From positions 1 to 64,000 of the IMG/VR virus record IMGVR_UViG_3300045303_000182: a DNA stretch of 64,000 bases, one strand, 5' to 3'. The stretch is from a virus. Under the pieces are notes generated by a model. The model searched no databases. It had not been told where the DNA came from and saw nothing but the letters and a program-made list of their open reading frames with translations. Positions 43,092 through 53,424 of the stretch are shown here, piece after piece. A program made the translations under genes and the position numbers. Within the stretch, counting starts at the first letter, position 1. Each line of letters starts with the position of its first letter.

Positions 43092-44371
43092 GATGCGATG
43101 GTCCTGACCGTGGCGTTCGACCACGACGACACCCACACGTTGGTGCTGGCCGAGGGAGTGTCGATGATGGTCGGCCACTTCTCGATGGACGACGGCAAGA
43201 TACCGATCGAGTTGACCGGCTGCAGCATGTTCATCGTCTGGCTCAGGGTGAGGACGGGCTTCGACTTCCCCAGCGACTGCCAGAAGGGCACGTAGCCACC
43301 CGTGAAGACCTGGGTGGTGCCATCGGGCCGAGCGAGCGCCAGGTTCGACTGGTAGCTCTGGCGGTCCATCTTGTGCTGCACCGCACGGACCAGCCAGCGC
43401 CCGTTGAACTTGCCGGTGTAGTACTTCGCGTTGGTCGTCATCACCTCGACGGTCATGCCGGGGTAGAGCGCAGCGTTGCCCATGATCCGAGCCTTGGCCG
43501 TCTGCGCCCACCGAGACGAGTCACTGTCCTTGCTGTTGACGTAGAGGCTTGCCTCGCTGGCGTCACGGATCACGAAGTCGGTGAGGAAGCTGTAGTTGGA
43601 GTGGTCGCCCTTCTGCAGGGCCACCTGCATCTGGTCGTTGTTGAAGTAGGCGACCTTGTAGCCCTGCTGCTCGACGCTGCTCTCGGCCACCTCGGTCGGG
43701 TCGAACTCGAGGAGCACGCGCTCTTCGTCCATCGATGCCTTGGCGAGCGTGTACGTCTCGGAGATGAGCGTGGCGGCGCTGCCCTGGTCGCGGAACAACT
43801 GCAGCGGGTCGTAGAGCAGCACGATCCCGTAGCGGTTGAACACCGACCACCCGAGCCGCGTCGCCAGCTTCACCGCCATCTGCCAGTCGCTGCTGTCGGT
43901 CTGAGCCAGCGCAGGCCATAGGTGGGTATGGGCGTGCCCCGCGTAACCGAGGTACGAGACGTACGTCAACGTCTCGACGGCGCTGGGGATCGTGCGCTGG
44001 GTCCAGAAACGAGGGTTGCCCGTCTGCATCGACTTGGTCGGACCGGTCATGCTCATGGTCCACGTCAGCGTGCCCGACTCGTTCTGCTTCTCAGCGACCG
44101 CGATGACGTAACCGCAGAAGACCTCGGTCTTCGGGGCGAGGCCGAAGAGGAACGAGATCGGCTGCTCCAGCAGGCCCGCTGTGGTGGTGCGCTCGGTCGA
44201 GGACACCGTCATCTCCACGGTGTCGTGCATGTTCTCGCCCATCATGATGGAACAGTCCTGGACTGTGACATCCAGCGGCTCCCCGGCGAGCATGATGCGG
44301 TAGATCGGCGTGCGCCCTCGGGTGTTGCGCCCGCTCGTCTGCGGCGAGCCGAGCATGTCCATCATGCTCAT
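43088..44371 (-). CDS. Baseplate hub protein (gp27/gpD-like)
   Basis: FCGYV, QTDSSDWQMAVKLA, GNAALYPG...FNGRWLVRAVQH. Confidence 0.8.
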   Translation of the reverse strand: MSMMDMLGSPQTSGRNTRGRTPIYRIMLAGEPLDVTVQDCSIMMGENMHDTVEMTVSSTERTTTAGLLEQPISFLFGLAPKTEVFCGYVIAVAEKQNESGTLTWTMSMTGPTKSMQTGNPRFWTQRTIPSAVETLTYVSYLGYAGHAHTHLWPALAQTDSSDWQMAVKLATRLGWSVFNRYGIVLLYDPLQLFRDQGSAATLISETYTLAKASMDEERVLLEFDPTEVAESSVEQQGYKVAYFNNDQMQVALQKGDHSNYSFLTDFVIRDASEASLYVNSKDSDSSRWAQTAKARIMGNAALYPGMTVEVMTTNAKYYTGKFNGRWLVRAVQHKMDRQSYQSNLALARPDGTTQVFTGGYVPFWQSLGKSKPVLTLSQTMNMLQPVNSIGILPSSIEKWPTIIDTPSASTNVWVSSWSNATVRTIAS

Positions 44372-44703
44372 GACGGGATCCTGATGTAGCTGCCCGGAGG
44401 CAGGTCGAGCGGATACCAGACGGGGACGTTGACCTCAGCGATGCGCCACCACTGGGTCGAGTCCTCCATGAACTTGAACGCCAAGAACGGCATGTGCTCG
44501 CGGTCCTTGACGTAGTACTCCGCTGGCGGCGGTGGCGGCAGCGGCAGTGTGGTGACGCGGTACGTGGCCTCGCGGTTCCGCACTTCGAAGCGCAGCGTCG
44601 GAGGAGTCGCCTCCTCCAGACGGATGGTCTCGTACACGTCGTAGACGTGACACGACACCCAGCCACGGTCGGCTTCCTCGTATCGGGATCCAGGACTAAT
44701 CAC
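44368..44703 (-). CDS. gpX/LysM-like baseplate protein
   Basis: SRY...LAFKFM.D..QWWRIAEVN....PLDLPPGSYIRIP. Confidence 0.8.
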   Translation of the reverse strand: MISPGSRYEEADRGWVSCHVYDVYETIRLEEATPPTLRFEVRNREATYRVTTLPLPPPPPAEYYVKDREHMPFLAFKFMEDSTQWWRIAEVNVPVWYPLDLPPGSYIRIPS

Positions 44704-46280
44704 CAGGCGCTACTTCCCCCGCCCCCGCCACCGTTGTAGCCCGACGCCTGGGCCGCAGAGCCGGTGGCACCGAGTGGTGTGGGTCGGATGAGATGAGTGA
44801 ACTTGCTGGTGCCAGTGACACCGCGCTCACCTACCTCGGGCTGCGAGGTGGTCGAGGCGGCATCGAACACGATGCACCCGCCCTCCTTGTAGCGCACGAA
44901 GAAGGCGGTGTGCCCAGGGCTACCGGGGCGGATGAAGATGTCGCCGGGGAGCAGGTCGGTCTGCCAGTTGATCGAGGACAGTGGGACGTAGATGCCGTTG
45001 TTCTTGTTGATGCTGCTGGGCATCGAGGCCGTGCCGGGGTTGCTGTTCCAGCCCATCGTGGTGCCGTGACCGATCGCCTTGTACGCCTGGGTGACGAGGC
45101 CCGAGCAGTCAGCCGACTTCGGCAGGTCGAAGCGCGCCGACCAGTAGTTGGGTGTGCTCGACGGGGCGTAGTTCGTCCACCCTGGGTCCATCACGTTCTT
45201 CGCACCGGGGCCACCCTGATGCGTGTTGTCGTAGGCCCACTGCAACGCCTGCAGCCTGATCTTGTGGTTGGCGTCGTTGGCCTGCCCAAGCTGGCCGGTG
45301 TACTGCACGTTGCCCGAGTCCACCCCGCCAGGGATGCCGGCGGCGTCGTCGGCCGCGCGCTCGACCTCTTCGAAGGTGATGTCATACACCGTCGCCTTGA
45401 AGTCATCGATCGGGATGGCCTCCTCAGCTATCAACTCCTCCTTCTTGTACTCGACCATGTCGCGCACGGGGCCGAAGTAGGAGGCGAGGATCTGCAACTG
45501 GATCCGCATGCGGATCGGCGTCATGCGGTGGGTGAACTTCTCGAAGACCACCTGAGCGTTGGTCGGCCGACCCTGCACCGTGATCATCGGTGAGAACACG
45601 ACGGTGATGTCGCGTGGGTTGACCATCATCACGCCGTTGTCGGGGAGTGTGTTATTCGACTGGGCCGGGTCGTTGGGGATGACGTTGCGGACCACCATGT
45701 CGAAGAACTGGTAGTCCACGAAGACGCCGGGGTGGTCGGGGTCGGCTGCTGCCTCCTCCTGCCGGTCGAAGAAGAGCTCGAAGGAGAAGTTGAGGATGGA
45801 GGGCGGGGCGATGGCGTTGCCGCTCTGGTACACGGTGTTGAACGGGTCGAGCGCCGACTGCTCCAGGTAGCTCACGTACTCCCGCGTGATGATCTCGGGG
45901 TTGTACATGAAGTAGAGACGGCACTTCGACAGGTCGTCCTTCACGTCGTACTCGGCACGACGGATGTAGCCGCGCAGGATCCGCGCTGGCCCCCCGTCAG
46001 GGCCGAGCAGCAGAGGGTGCAGCCGACCTGCTGCTCCACTCACGAAGGGAGGGTTGACCAGACCCTGTGCGCCTGTGAAGCCAGCGGAGCGATCGCCCGA
46101 CTGGAACCACTCGTAGGCGAACTGCTGACGCAGCGCGTCGGTCGAGATGTTGGTCTGGTGGTCCACCCACTGGCTCGGCACGTCGGCCGAGGAGTACGTC
46201 TGGCCGCGCGCCCACCCGTAGGCGTGCGGGGTCAGTTGCGCTGGCTTGTAGCTGTTCTTGATCCCGTATTGGTATGCCAT
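44700..46280 (-). CDS. Tail tube initiator-like protein fused to an NlpC/P60 peptidase
   Basis: FMYNPE..I, SFELFFDR N-terminal domain; DCSGLV...LPGDIF...GHT C-terminal domain. Confidence 0.8.
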   Translation of the reverse strand: MAYQYGIKNSYKPAQLTPHAYGWARGQTYSSADVPSQWVDHQTNISTDALRQQFAYEWFQSGDRSAGFTGAQGLVNPPFVSGAAGRLHPLLLGPDGGPARILRGYIRRAEYDVKDDLSKCRLYFMYNPEIITREYVSYLEQSALDPFNTVYQSGNAIAPPSILNFSFELFFDRQEEAAADPDHPGVFVDYQFFDMVVRNVIPNDPAQSNNTLPDNGVMMVNPRDITVVFSPMITVQGRPTNAQVVFEKFTHRMTPIRMRIQLQILASYFGPVRDMVEYKKEELIAEEAIPIDDFKATVYDITFEEVERAADDAAGIPGGVDSGNVQYTGQLGQANDANHKIRLQALQWAYDNTHQGGPGAKNVMDPGWTNYAPSSTPNYWSARFDLPKSADCSGLVTQAYKAIGHGTTMGWNSNPGTASMPSSINKNNGIYVPLSSINWQTDLLPGDIFIRPGSPGHTAFFVRYKEGGCIVFDAASTTSQPEVGERGVTGTSKFTHLIRPTPLGATGSAAQASGYNGGGGGGSSAW

Positions 46281-49123
46281 CAGGCTGACCTCACCAGTCG
46301 TCGCTTCATCTCGTCCTCGAGGTGGTCCGCGATGAGGTTCACGGTGCGCCTTACGTCGATACCGCCATTCGCACCGCCCCCGTATCCCCCTACGGAGAGC
46401 TTGAAGTCGTTCTGGAAGACGATGTTGCCACCACCCTGGCGCGACGGGTAGTTGTACGCCATCGCCATCGCCTCGACATCACCGAGGCCCGCCTTCTTGA
46501 GCGCCTGGTCTGCGAGGCCCGCCGCCTCCGCTGGGATGCCACCGAAGGGGTTGCCGTTGATGTTCCACGGACGCATCGTGTTGGGACCGCCAGGCCCGTT
46601 CATCGGTGACACATTGCGGTACTGGTCCCAGGCGATGAACGCTGCCGCCTGCGGGTCCATGGCGTCGGCCTGGGTGAACGGCGACGGATTGCCCTTGTCC
46701 GTCCACGGCTTCTGGTTCGCCTGCAGGATGCCGCCGCTCTCATCGACGGGGCCAGAGTTCCAGGCGTTGGCTGTCCAGTGCGACTCACGGTAGGAGATCT
46801 TCAGGAAGTTCTTCAGCACGTCACCGCTGAAGCCAGCGTTGTGCAGAGCCTTGGCGACAGCAACACCACGCTCGATCGGGTCGCTCGACTGGATCCCCGC
46901 CACGATGTCGGGCGACGCCGTCTGGTTGTACTTGTCACCGCGGCCAGAGGCGCTGGTGCCCTTCCAGATCTTGCCGTTCGTGCCGCCCCAGCCAGTACCA
47001 GTGCCAGCGACCGACTCACCCTTGGCGGTCTGCGAGAAGGAGGACTGCACCTCGCCACCATTGAACACGCCACCCAGCACGCCACCGAACCCACCCACCT
47101 TGGGCGTCATGCCGAGCACGGTCTTGGATGACGAACCAGCGAGGCGCTTGTACATGTCGTCGGCGTCGGTGGCGAAGGCCGTCGTCTGCTCCGTACCGCC
47201 GATGAGCTTGCCCAGCGCGCCTGTCATCGTGGAGAGGATCTTGGTGATGAAGCCCGCCATGCCCTCCGGGCTGGAGGCCACGTCCTTGATGCTGTCCACG
47301 AACTTGTCGAAGTCGTTGTCCCCGATGTCCGCGTCACCGACGCCAGAGATGTCACCCGGCATCCCGACGTGCCACGGCTCACCGTGGTTCTTGCCCGAGG
47401 CCAGCCCGAACTTCTTGGCGTTCTTCATGATCCAGCCGTACTGGCTGCGCGGTCCGAGGTCGGCAGCCATGCCGCGCGTGTGGGCGCTGGGCTTGCCCGA
47501 GACGTTGGAGTAGCCCTTGGCCCGGAGCCGCTCCTGAATCCCGGTGTCGCGCAGACCGGAGGTCATGCGGAGCTTCGGGTTGGCCTTCATCATCGCGCCG
47601 ACCTTGGACTTCATGTCCGGGTGCAGACCGCTGAGGCCGTTGCCGCCAGTCGCTCCGTAGGCGTCCCCGATGTCGCCCATGCCGCCGAAGGCGTTGGGCA
47701 CGTCGCCGCCGCCGACGAGTTCGTTCATGCCCCGTTCGGCCCCGGTCATCATGAGGTCTTCCAGCGAGTCAGGCAGGTACTGGATCCAACGGAAGATCGA
47801 GTTGGAGAGGGCCGGGATGACCTTCTCCTGGATCGACCCCATCAACTCGTTGAACCAGCGGTTGCTGCCCTCACGCTGTGCGTACTGGCCTGACATCTTC
47901 CCGGCGAGGCTGAACTCGGTGCGGGTGAGCTCGGACCCGGCGCGCAGGCGCTGCCACGCGACGTTGTCCTTGTCCGCACCGATCTCAAAGCCCTTCTCCG
48001 TCGAGGAGGCTCCCTTGCTCGTCTTGCTGAGGGCGTACGTCCACCAGTAGTCGCGCATGTTCTGCGGCACGCCGGTCGTGTTGAACCAGGCGTCGATGTT
48101 GCTGCCAGGGAAGTACTGCGCCATCAACTCGCCGTAGCTGAACCCCTTGCCGCGGTTGGCTCCGGGCCGCAGACCTTCGAACCAACGCAGGATCGACTCG
48201 GCCCACTCGCTGAGGCTCTTCTGGCGACCGCCGGCAGCGATCATGCCCATCGTTCCGCCCGTGAACATCTGCGCCCGCTGCTGCGAGCCGGTGTCAGCGG
48301 CGTAGCCACCGATCTGGCTGACGAGGCCACCCTGCCCACCAACCTGAGCCAGGGGGTTGAGCATCTGCGCCTCGCGCACGCCCTTGAACAGACCAGCGGC
48401 GCGCACACCTTGGCCCTCAGGGTTGCCACCGAAGTTGTAGCTCGCACCAAGGCGGGCCGAGTCACCGAACATGCTGATCATGTCCTGCGGCGTGCCGTAG
48501 ATCGAGCCAGGGAACTTGGCGATCGTGGACATCATCGACGCCGTGTTGACGCCCTGCTGGTTGGCGGTCATGTTCAGCCCACCGGAGGCCATGATCGCTG
48601 TGTCACGGTTCGTGTTGATCCGCGACCGCAGGTAGCGCAACGGGGCGAGCGCCAAGTCCTTGGTCAGGTCGTCGCCGCTGGAGCCGACGAAGGCTCCGAG
48701 GCTGAGGCCACCCGGCAGCTTCTTGTCCACAACGTTCTGGATGGCTGCCGAGGCCGACGACGTTGCGCTGTACATCCAGCCGCTGTTGCCACCACCGCCA
48801 CTGCTCGATGACTGCGCTGCGGCAGCGGGGACGTTGCCGCCTCCGCTACCGCCGCCGCCGCCCGCACCTGCTGCGCTGAGCGCGCTACCCATCCCAGCGA
48901 GTTGCTGGGTGACCTTGGTCGCTGTGTCACCGATGGACTTGAGGTGACGGTTGATCTTGTCTGCGATGGCGTAGGCGTTGTTGCCGAAGTCGGAGAGAGC
49001 CTTCTCCAGGCCCTTCATGGCGGCAGCCATCTGCGAGATCGATGCTTGCGCGGCCTCAGTGTCGATCTTGAGGTTCGCGGCAGGCCCCATGTTGTAGGCC
49101 CGTGCAGCATCAGGCTCAGCCAC
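46280..49123 (-). CDS. Tape measure protein with M15 peptidase and lytic transglycosylase domains
   Basis: Follows the chaperone genes; SAHTRGMAAD...EPWHV; RES...GILQAN...AA..IA...PW. Confidence 0.85.
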   Translation of the reverse strand: MAEPDAARAYNMGPAANLKIDTEAAQASISQMAAAMKGLEKALSDFGNNAYAIADKINRHLKSIGDTATKVTQQLAGMGSALSAAGAGGGGGSGGGNVPAAAAQSSSSGGGGNSGWMYSATSSASAAIQNVVDKKLPGGLSLGAFVGSSGDDLTKDLALAPLRYLRSRINTNRDTAIMASGGLNMTANQQGVNTASMMSTIAKFPGSIYGTPQDMISMFGDSARLGASYNFGGNPEGQGVRAAGLFKGVREAQMLNPLAQVGGQGGLVSQIGGYAADTGSQQRAQMFTGGTMGMIAAGGRQKSLSEWAESILRWFEGLRPGANRGKGFSYGELMAQYFPGSNIDAWFNTTGVPQNMRDYWWTYALSKTSKGASSTEKGFEIGADKDNVAWQRLRAGSELTRTEFSLAGKMSGQYAQREGSNRWFNELMGSIQEKVIPALSNSIFRWIQYLPDSLEDLMMTGAERGMNELVGGGDVPNAFGGMGDIGDAYGATGGNGLSGLHPDMKSKVGAMMKANPKLRMTSGLRDTGIQERLRAKGYSNVSGKPSAHTRGMAADLGPRSQYGWIMKNAKKFGLASGKNHGEPWHVGMPGDISGVGDADIGDNDFDKFVDSIKDVASSPEGMAGFITKILSTMTGALGKLIGGTEQTTAFATDADDMYKRLAGSSSKTVLGMTPKVGGFGGVLGGVFNGGEVQSSFSQTAKGESVAGTGTGWGGTNGKIWKGTSASGRGDKYNQTASPDIVAGIQSSDPIERGVAVAKALHNAGFSGDVLKNFLKISYRESHWTANAWNSGPVDESGGILQANQKPWTDKGNPSPFTQADAMDPQAAAFIAWDQYRNVSPMNGPGGPNTMRPWNINGNPFGGIPAEAAGLADQALKKAGLGDVEAMAMAYNYPSRQGGGNIVFQNDFKLSVGGYGGGANGGIDVRRTVNLIADHLEDEMKRRLVRSA

Positions 49124-49280
49124 GCGCCTTCTCCCTCTTCCAGGTAATCATCTTGAGCCAGTAGCTCCGCTGTCGTCCGGTCATCGCACGTATCTCACTC
49201 AGGGTCCATCCGCTGTAGTTGGAGGCGATCACGTCGTAGTTGACGTACAGCGCCTGATCGTTAGCTACGAAAGAAGTCAC
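49116..49280 (-). CDS. Tail assembly chaperone, downstream (frameshift-extension) part
   Basis: YDVIASNYSGWTLSEIRAMTGRQRSYWL; overlaps the end of the upstream chaperone in the +1 frame. Confidence 0.7.
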   Translation of the reverse strand: MTSFVANDQALYVNYDVIASNYSGWTLSEIRAMTGRQRSYWLKMITWKREKARG

Positions 49281-50091
49281 CCCATCCCATGCCCAACGTC
49301 TGCGAGGCTCCACAGGAGGCGCAGGTCGTAGTGACGTTGAGGTCGATCTGCGGCTGGCGCTCGACCAGAAGCTCGAGGAACTTCTGGCGGTCGCGCATCG
49401 ACAGCGACCGTGCGAACCCCATCGGGTCGGTGACCAGATCGCCGTTGCGCTTGGTGACACAGCGGCTGATCATCAACGTGTTCTGCTCGGCCACGCTGAG
49501 GCCCTTCTTGTCCATCACCTCTTCCTGGTCCGAGCCGAGGGCAGCCCGGTAGGTGAGCACCTCGCCCTTGGAGGTGGTCCACTCCAAGGTCGTGGCGTCC
49601 ACGTTCTCCACCTTCGTCGGCGGGAAGTCCGTGTCGAGGAGGAGATGCACTTCCTGCGCTACCCCACACGACTGACAGGTGAAGCCGATGTCGCGCGAGT
49701 TGCCGAACGACACCTGCACCACCTTGAGGAAGATCTGCTCACGCTCCCCGATCAGCAGGTCGTTGAGGAAGTACTGACGCTCGGGGACCGAGTGCTTCGA
49801 CAGGTCGAAGGAACCGATCGATGTGACACCGAGAGCCAGCACCGTGTTGAAGTACTGGTATGGGGTGGTCGCCTTGGCGAGCGCCTCCTCGTCCACCCCG
49901 GTGAGCTCGCGGCAGACAGCTTCACGCTCCCATATGCCGCTATGGAACAGCCCTCTCGGCAGCTTAATCACGGGGTCCGGTGCGTCATCGATGAGAGGCA
50001 CCGGTCCCGCGATCGCTTCCTTCGCTTCGCGCAGCGTCTGCTGCTTGTCTTGCACCGCCTGTTCAGAGGCGAACACGTCAGTCGTTGTCAC
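49261..50091 (-). CDS. Tail assembly chaperone / gp26-like hub assembly protein
   Basis: RELTGVDEE, LLIGERE, two CxxC motifs; lies between tube and tape measure. Confidence 0.8.
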   Translation of the reverse strand: MTTTDVFASEQAVQDKQQTLREAKEAIAGPVPLIDDAPDPVIKLPRGLFHSGIWEREAVCRELTGVDEEALAKATTPYQYFNTVLALGVTSIGSFDLSKHSVPERQYFLNDLLIGEREQIFLKVVQVSFGNSRDIGFTCQSCGVAQEVHLLLDTDFPPTKVENVDATTLEWTTSKGEVLTYRAALGSDQEEVMDKKGLSVAEQNTLMISRCVTKRNGDLVTDPMGFARSLSMRDRQKFLELLVERQPQIDLNVTTTCASCGASQTLGMGWGDFFRS

Positions 50092-50117
50092 GTCTAGTTC
50101 TCCGGTCGTTGGTTGAG

Positions 50118-50723
50118 TCAGCGCAGCGCTTGTGCAGAGTGCCGCAGGTTGGCCGCGTCCTGTGCTCCGTGGAACACGTCGAAGCCTTCGTGGTGGACCT
50201 GCATCTGATGCACCAGCACGGCGTTCTCCATCGCGCTCAGGTTGTTGAAGCCGATGCTGGCGGTCCAGCAGTTGTAGAAGGCGAACGCGAGGATCGCCCC
50301 CGAGGTGTCACCGGTCGAACCGGAGGCCGGTCCGTCGGTGACAGGGTGGTCGAGAACGCGGACCGCCATGTCATAGCGGAACTCCTCCCCGAGGCCGATG
50401 GTGCCAGCGCCCCACTGGACGCTGAACATCTGCTTGGCGAGGTTCCACATACCGGGCTTGGTGTAGAACACGCCGGCCGAGCAGGTGAGCGGAGCAAAGT
50501 CCGTCTGCCCCGGCAGCTTGTGCGGGTTGGTGTTCCAGCCGCCTTCGCGGTACTGGACCATGTCGGTGTTCATGGCGATGCCCTCGACCACCATGAACCC
50601 CATCTCAGCGATCTGCCGAGAGAGGGTGGCGTCCGAGTGGAACATCTGAACTTGGAACTTGAAGTTCCTGACGGGGTCGGCCCGAAGCCGGGTCCGATCC
50701 GCCAGGGATGGTGCGCTTGGCAT
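50118..50723 (-). CDS. Tail tube protein (T4 gp19-like)
   Basis: DPVRNFKFQV, YREGG.N...HKLPG, YNCW. Confidence 0.92.
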   Translation of the reverse strand: MPSAPSLADRTRLRADPVRNFKFQVQMFHSDATLSRQIAEMGFMVVEGIAMNTDMVQYREGGWNTNPHKLPGQTDFAPLTCSAGVFYTKPGMWNLAKQMFSVQWGAGTIGLGEEFRYDMAVRVLDHPVTDGPASGSTGDTSGAILAFAFYNCWTASIGFNNLSAMENAVLVHQMQVHHEGFDVFHGAQDAANLRHSAQALR

Positions 50724-50739
50724 GTGTTACTCCTCTGGC

Positions 50740-52620
50740 CTATGCGACCGGCTGGACTTCGGTCGTGAAGGAGCCACGATCGAACTGGGTGATCTTGATG
50801 ACGACGAACTCAGCGGGGTACTCCAACGCCACGCCGATCTCCATGCGGACTTCGCCCGACTGGATGACGGCTGGGGTGTTGATCGTGTCGTCGCAGGTGA
50901 TGTAGTACGCCTGAGCGGTGTTGGCACCGCGCAGCCCCCCTGCTTCCCACAGAGGCCGCAGGATGCGTTCTGCGGACATCCGCAGGGCACTCCACAGCCG
51001 CTGATCGTTGTTCTCGAAGACGGCGAACTGGGTCGAGCGCTTCACCACCTCCTTGATGTAGATGAGCGTCCGACGAGCGGAGACGTAGCGGTCAGCGCCG
51101 TACGTCTTGCGGGTGCGGCCACCCATCACGCAGATCCCCGAGCCGACCACGGAGCGGACGACGTTGATGTTCTGCGAGTTGAGATCACCGAGCTCAGTGT
51201 CGGTGAACTTCGTCTGCACGCCCACGGCGTTGCTGAGTCCTGCGATCACACCAGCGGGCGCGCGGAACACGCCGACGGTGGCATCGACGCGCGCCATCAT
51301 CCCGGCGACCGCCCCGCCCGGAGGCACGTTGATCGTGGTCCCGACCCGAGCCGGGTTGGGGATGATCAGCCAGGGGCCGTAGGAAGCCGAGTAGCTGTCG
51401 CCCGTGTTGGCCCCGAGCGACGTGACGATCTGCGTCTTGTAGACCGACGACGACGTGCCGGGGTTCCGCGGAGGAGCCGAGTCGTTGATGATGAAGATGT
51501 CCTGCCGGTCCGAGAAGAAGGTCGAGGGGATGGTCGCACCCACCCACGACGAGGCGAACTCGGAGGTGTCGGCCTTCGATGCGTCAGCGAGGTAGCCGCA
51601 GATGTTGAGGGCGATCGGACCCTCCACCTTGGTGATCATCTCGGCGGCGTCCTGGAGGTCACCAGCGTCAGGGATCGACGGATCGATACCACCGGCCAGG
51701 ACCACAGGGTCGTCGGTCGCCATCGGCCGCGGCTGCTGCTCGTTGATGCCCGACACCGAGAGGTACAGCGAGCCTGAGGCCGAGTCGTTGATCACCGTGT
51801 CGATGCGCCGCGTGCCTGGGATCTCGCCCTTGATCGACAGCGACGGGAACGTCTCCACGACCTCGTCGTTGCCTTCGCTGTTGCGGATCAGCACTTGCAG
51901 GGCGAACACGTCCTCGGCCGTCGCGCCGGCACCGACAGTGCTCTGCGTGGTGAGGCCGTACTTGAGGCCGTTGCCCCACACGCCGGGAGAGCGAGCCTTC
52001 AGCGTGAAGCTGGTGAGGTTGCCCGACCCAGTGTTCTGGCCGTTGACAGCGATGGTCGAGGCGGTGCCCTTCTCAGGGGCCGCGGTCGGCGTGGCTCGGA
52101 TCACCCAGCACAGCCGCCCACCGTTCTGGAAGTACGAGTAGACGCTGAACGGAAGGTACGAGAGCACCTTGGGCGTGACCGGGATGGCTGCCGGCGTGCC
52201 GGGGAAGGCACCGGCCACCCACACACCCGCAGGGGAGTGCGGCGTGAAGTGGGCCTTGGATCCATCAGCGAGCTTGACGTACTGACCCGCCGTGAAAGCA
52301 GCACCGCCGAATGGCGTCTGGTACTTGCCGTCACCGTAGGTGGCATGGGCCTTGATGGCGGTGAGGTCAGCGGGGACCGGCGTCGTGACACGGCCGGTCA
52401 CATCGTTGGGATCAGCCAGCGCAGGCTGCGAGATCGGGTTGAGGCCACCGAAGACGGTGACATAGTCACTCCAGGACTCAACGAGGATCGGCTCGTTCAC
52501 CGGCCCCTTCTCGGCAGCCCCGACGAAGGCACCCACGGTGTAGGTGCCCGCCACGTCGGACGGGTTGACGAGTAGTGACTCCTCGAGGTAGACGCCTGGA
52601 CGGCGGTAGTACATGGGCAT
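50740..52620 (-). CDS. Contractile tail sheath protein
   Basis: PGVYLEE, FVG.A.KGP, YFQNGG, GVFRAPAG, FENND, PAEFV. Confidence 0.95.
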   Translation of the reverse strand: MPMYYRRPGVYLEESLLVNPSDVAGTYTVGAFVGAAEKGPVNEPILVESWSDYVTVFGGLNPISQPALADPNDVTGRVTTPVPADLTAIKAHATYGDGKYQTPFGGAAFTAGQYVKLADGSKAHFTPHSPAGVWVAGAFPGTPAAIPVTPKVLSYLPFSVYSYFQNGGRLCWVIRATPTAAPEKGTASTIAVNGQNTGSGNLTSFTLKARSPGVWGNGLKYGLTTQSTVGAGATAEDVFALQVLIRNSEGNDEVVETFPSLSIKGEIPGTRRIDTVINDSASGSLYLSVSGINEQQPRPMATDDPVVLAGGIDPSIPDAGDLQDAAEMITKVEGPIALNICGYLADASKADTSEFASSWVGATIPSTFFSDRQDIFIINDSAPPRNPGTSSSVYKTQIVTSLGANTGDSYSASYGPWLIIPNPARVGTTINVPPGGAVAGMMARVDATVGVFRAPAGVIAGLSNAVGVQTKFTDTELGDLNSQNINVVRSVVGSGICVMGGRTRKTYGADRYVSARRTLIYIKEVVKRSTQFAVFENNDQRLWSALRMSAERILRPLWEAGGLRGANTAQAYYITCDDTINTPAVIQSGEVRMEIGVALEYPAEFVVIKITQFDRGSFTTEVQPVA

Positions 52621-52695
52621 AGTCGCTCCTGACGGAAGGTTGCTAGTTGGTGGATCCGATTAGTGCGACGACTGGTTGTACGAGCCTGATGGCGG

Positions 52696-53424
52696 TCACG
52701 GTTGAGGTGTCAGAACCTCTTGCCCTTCGTGGTCAATCTCGAAGAGCTTCTCCAGGCCATCTCGCGTGTAGGCGTCGAGGTGGACCCGGAAGACCTTGTA
52801 GAAGCTGGCGTCGAGGAACCGCGTCTGCGGCACCTCGGCAAGCAGTGAGACGGTGTACACCTTGCGGAAGATCCGCTTGGTGCCCGATTCCGATGTCTCG
52901 GACTGGTCGGTGTTGGCGTAACCGATGAGCTCAGTGCGCCGCCATGTCTGATCAGCGTCGCAGGCGATCCAGAAGGGTCGCTGGGGGAACACATCAGTGG
53001 CGAAGATCGACCGGAGGTAGCGGTCGTGGAGGTTGTGCCGCGCGAAGACGCTCACCTGATACACCAGCCGGAACGGGAGGTAGTTCAGGATCTGGTAGTC
53101 CTGCAGCGCCCAGCCATGCTCAGGCGGCGGCAACGTGGGCGAGACGCTCGGCCGGTACAGGCCCTGAGTGTTCTCGAGGTGGTTGCTGTGGAACAACTCG
53201 TAGGCAGGCTCGGCCGTGATGGCGTCGATCGTGATGAAGGGGTACTTCAACTGGCGCTCGGACTGCGGCCAGCGGAACCAGACGCCCACCTTCTCCCACG
53301 TCGAGTCGGGATCACGCCCTGGTACCTCGATACCAGTGAGGTAACTCTTGAGCGCCTCGTCCTCGGCCAGCAGGAACCCGACGTGTTCGTGGATGTCAGG
53401 CTGGTCGCGCAGCGGGCGTATCAC
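52696..53424 (-). CDS. Tail terminator / sheath stabiliser-like protein
   Basis: Directly upstream of the sheath; YPFITID, YQVS motifs. Confidence 0.6.
   Translation of the reverse strand: MIRPLRDQPDIHEHVGFLLAEDEALKSYLTGIEVPGRDPDSTWEKVGVWFRWPQSERQLKYPFITIDAITAEPAYELFHSNHLENTQGLYRPSVSPTLPPPEHGWALQDYQILNYLPFRLVYQVSVFARHNLHDRYLRSIFATDVFPQRPFWIACDADQTWRRTELIGYANTDQSETSESGTKRIFRKVYTVSLLAEVPQTRFLDASFYKVFRVHLDAYTRDGLEKLFEIDHEGQEVLTPQP

Noticed and set aside
36480-53424. Extracellular contractile injection system or tailocin
   Set aside because: Linked neck/adaptor genes and a full phage replication module indicate a true phage; head genes are probably outside the window
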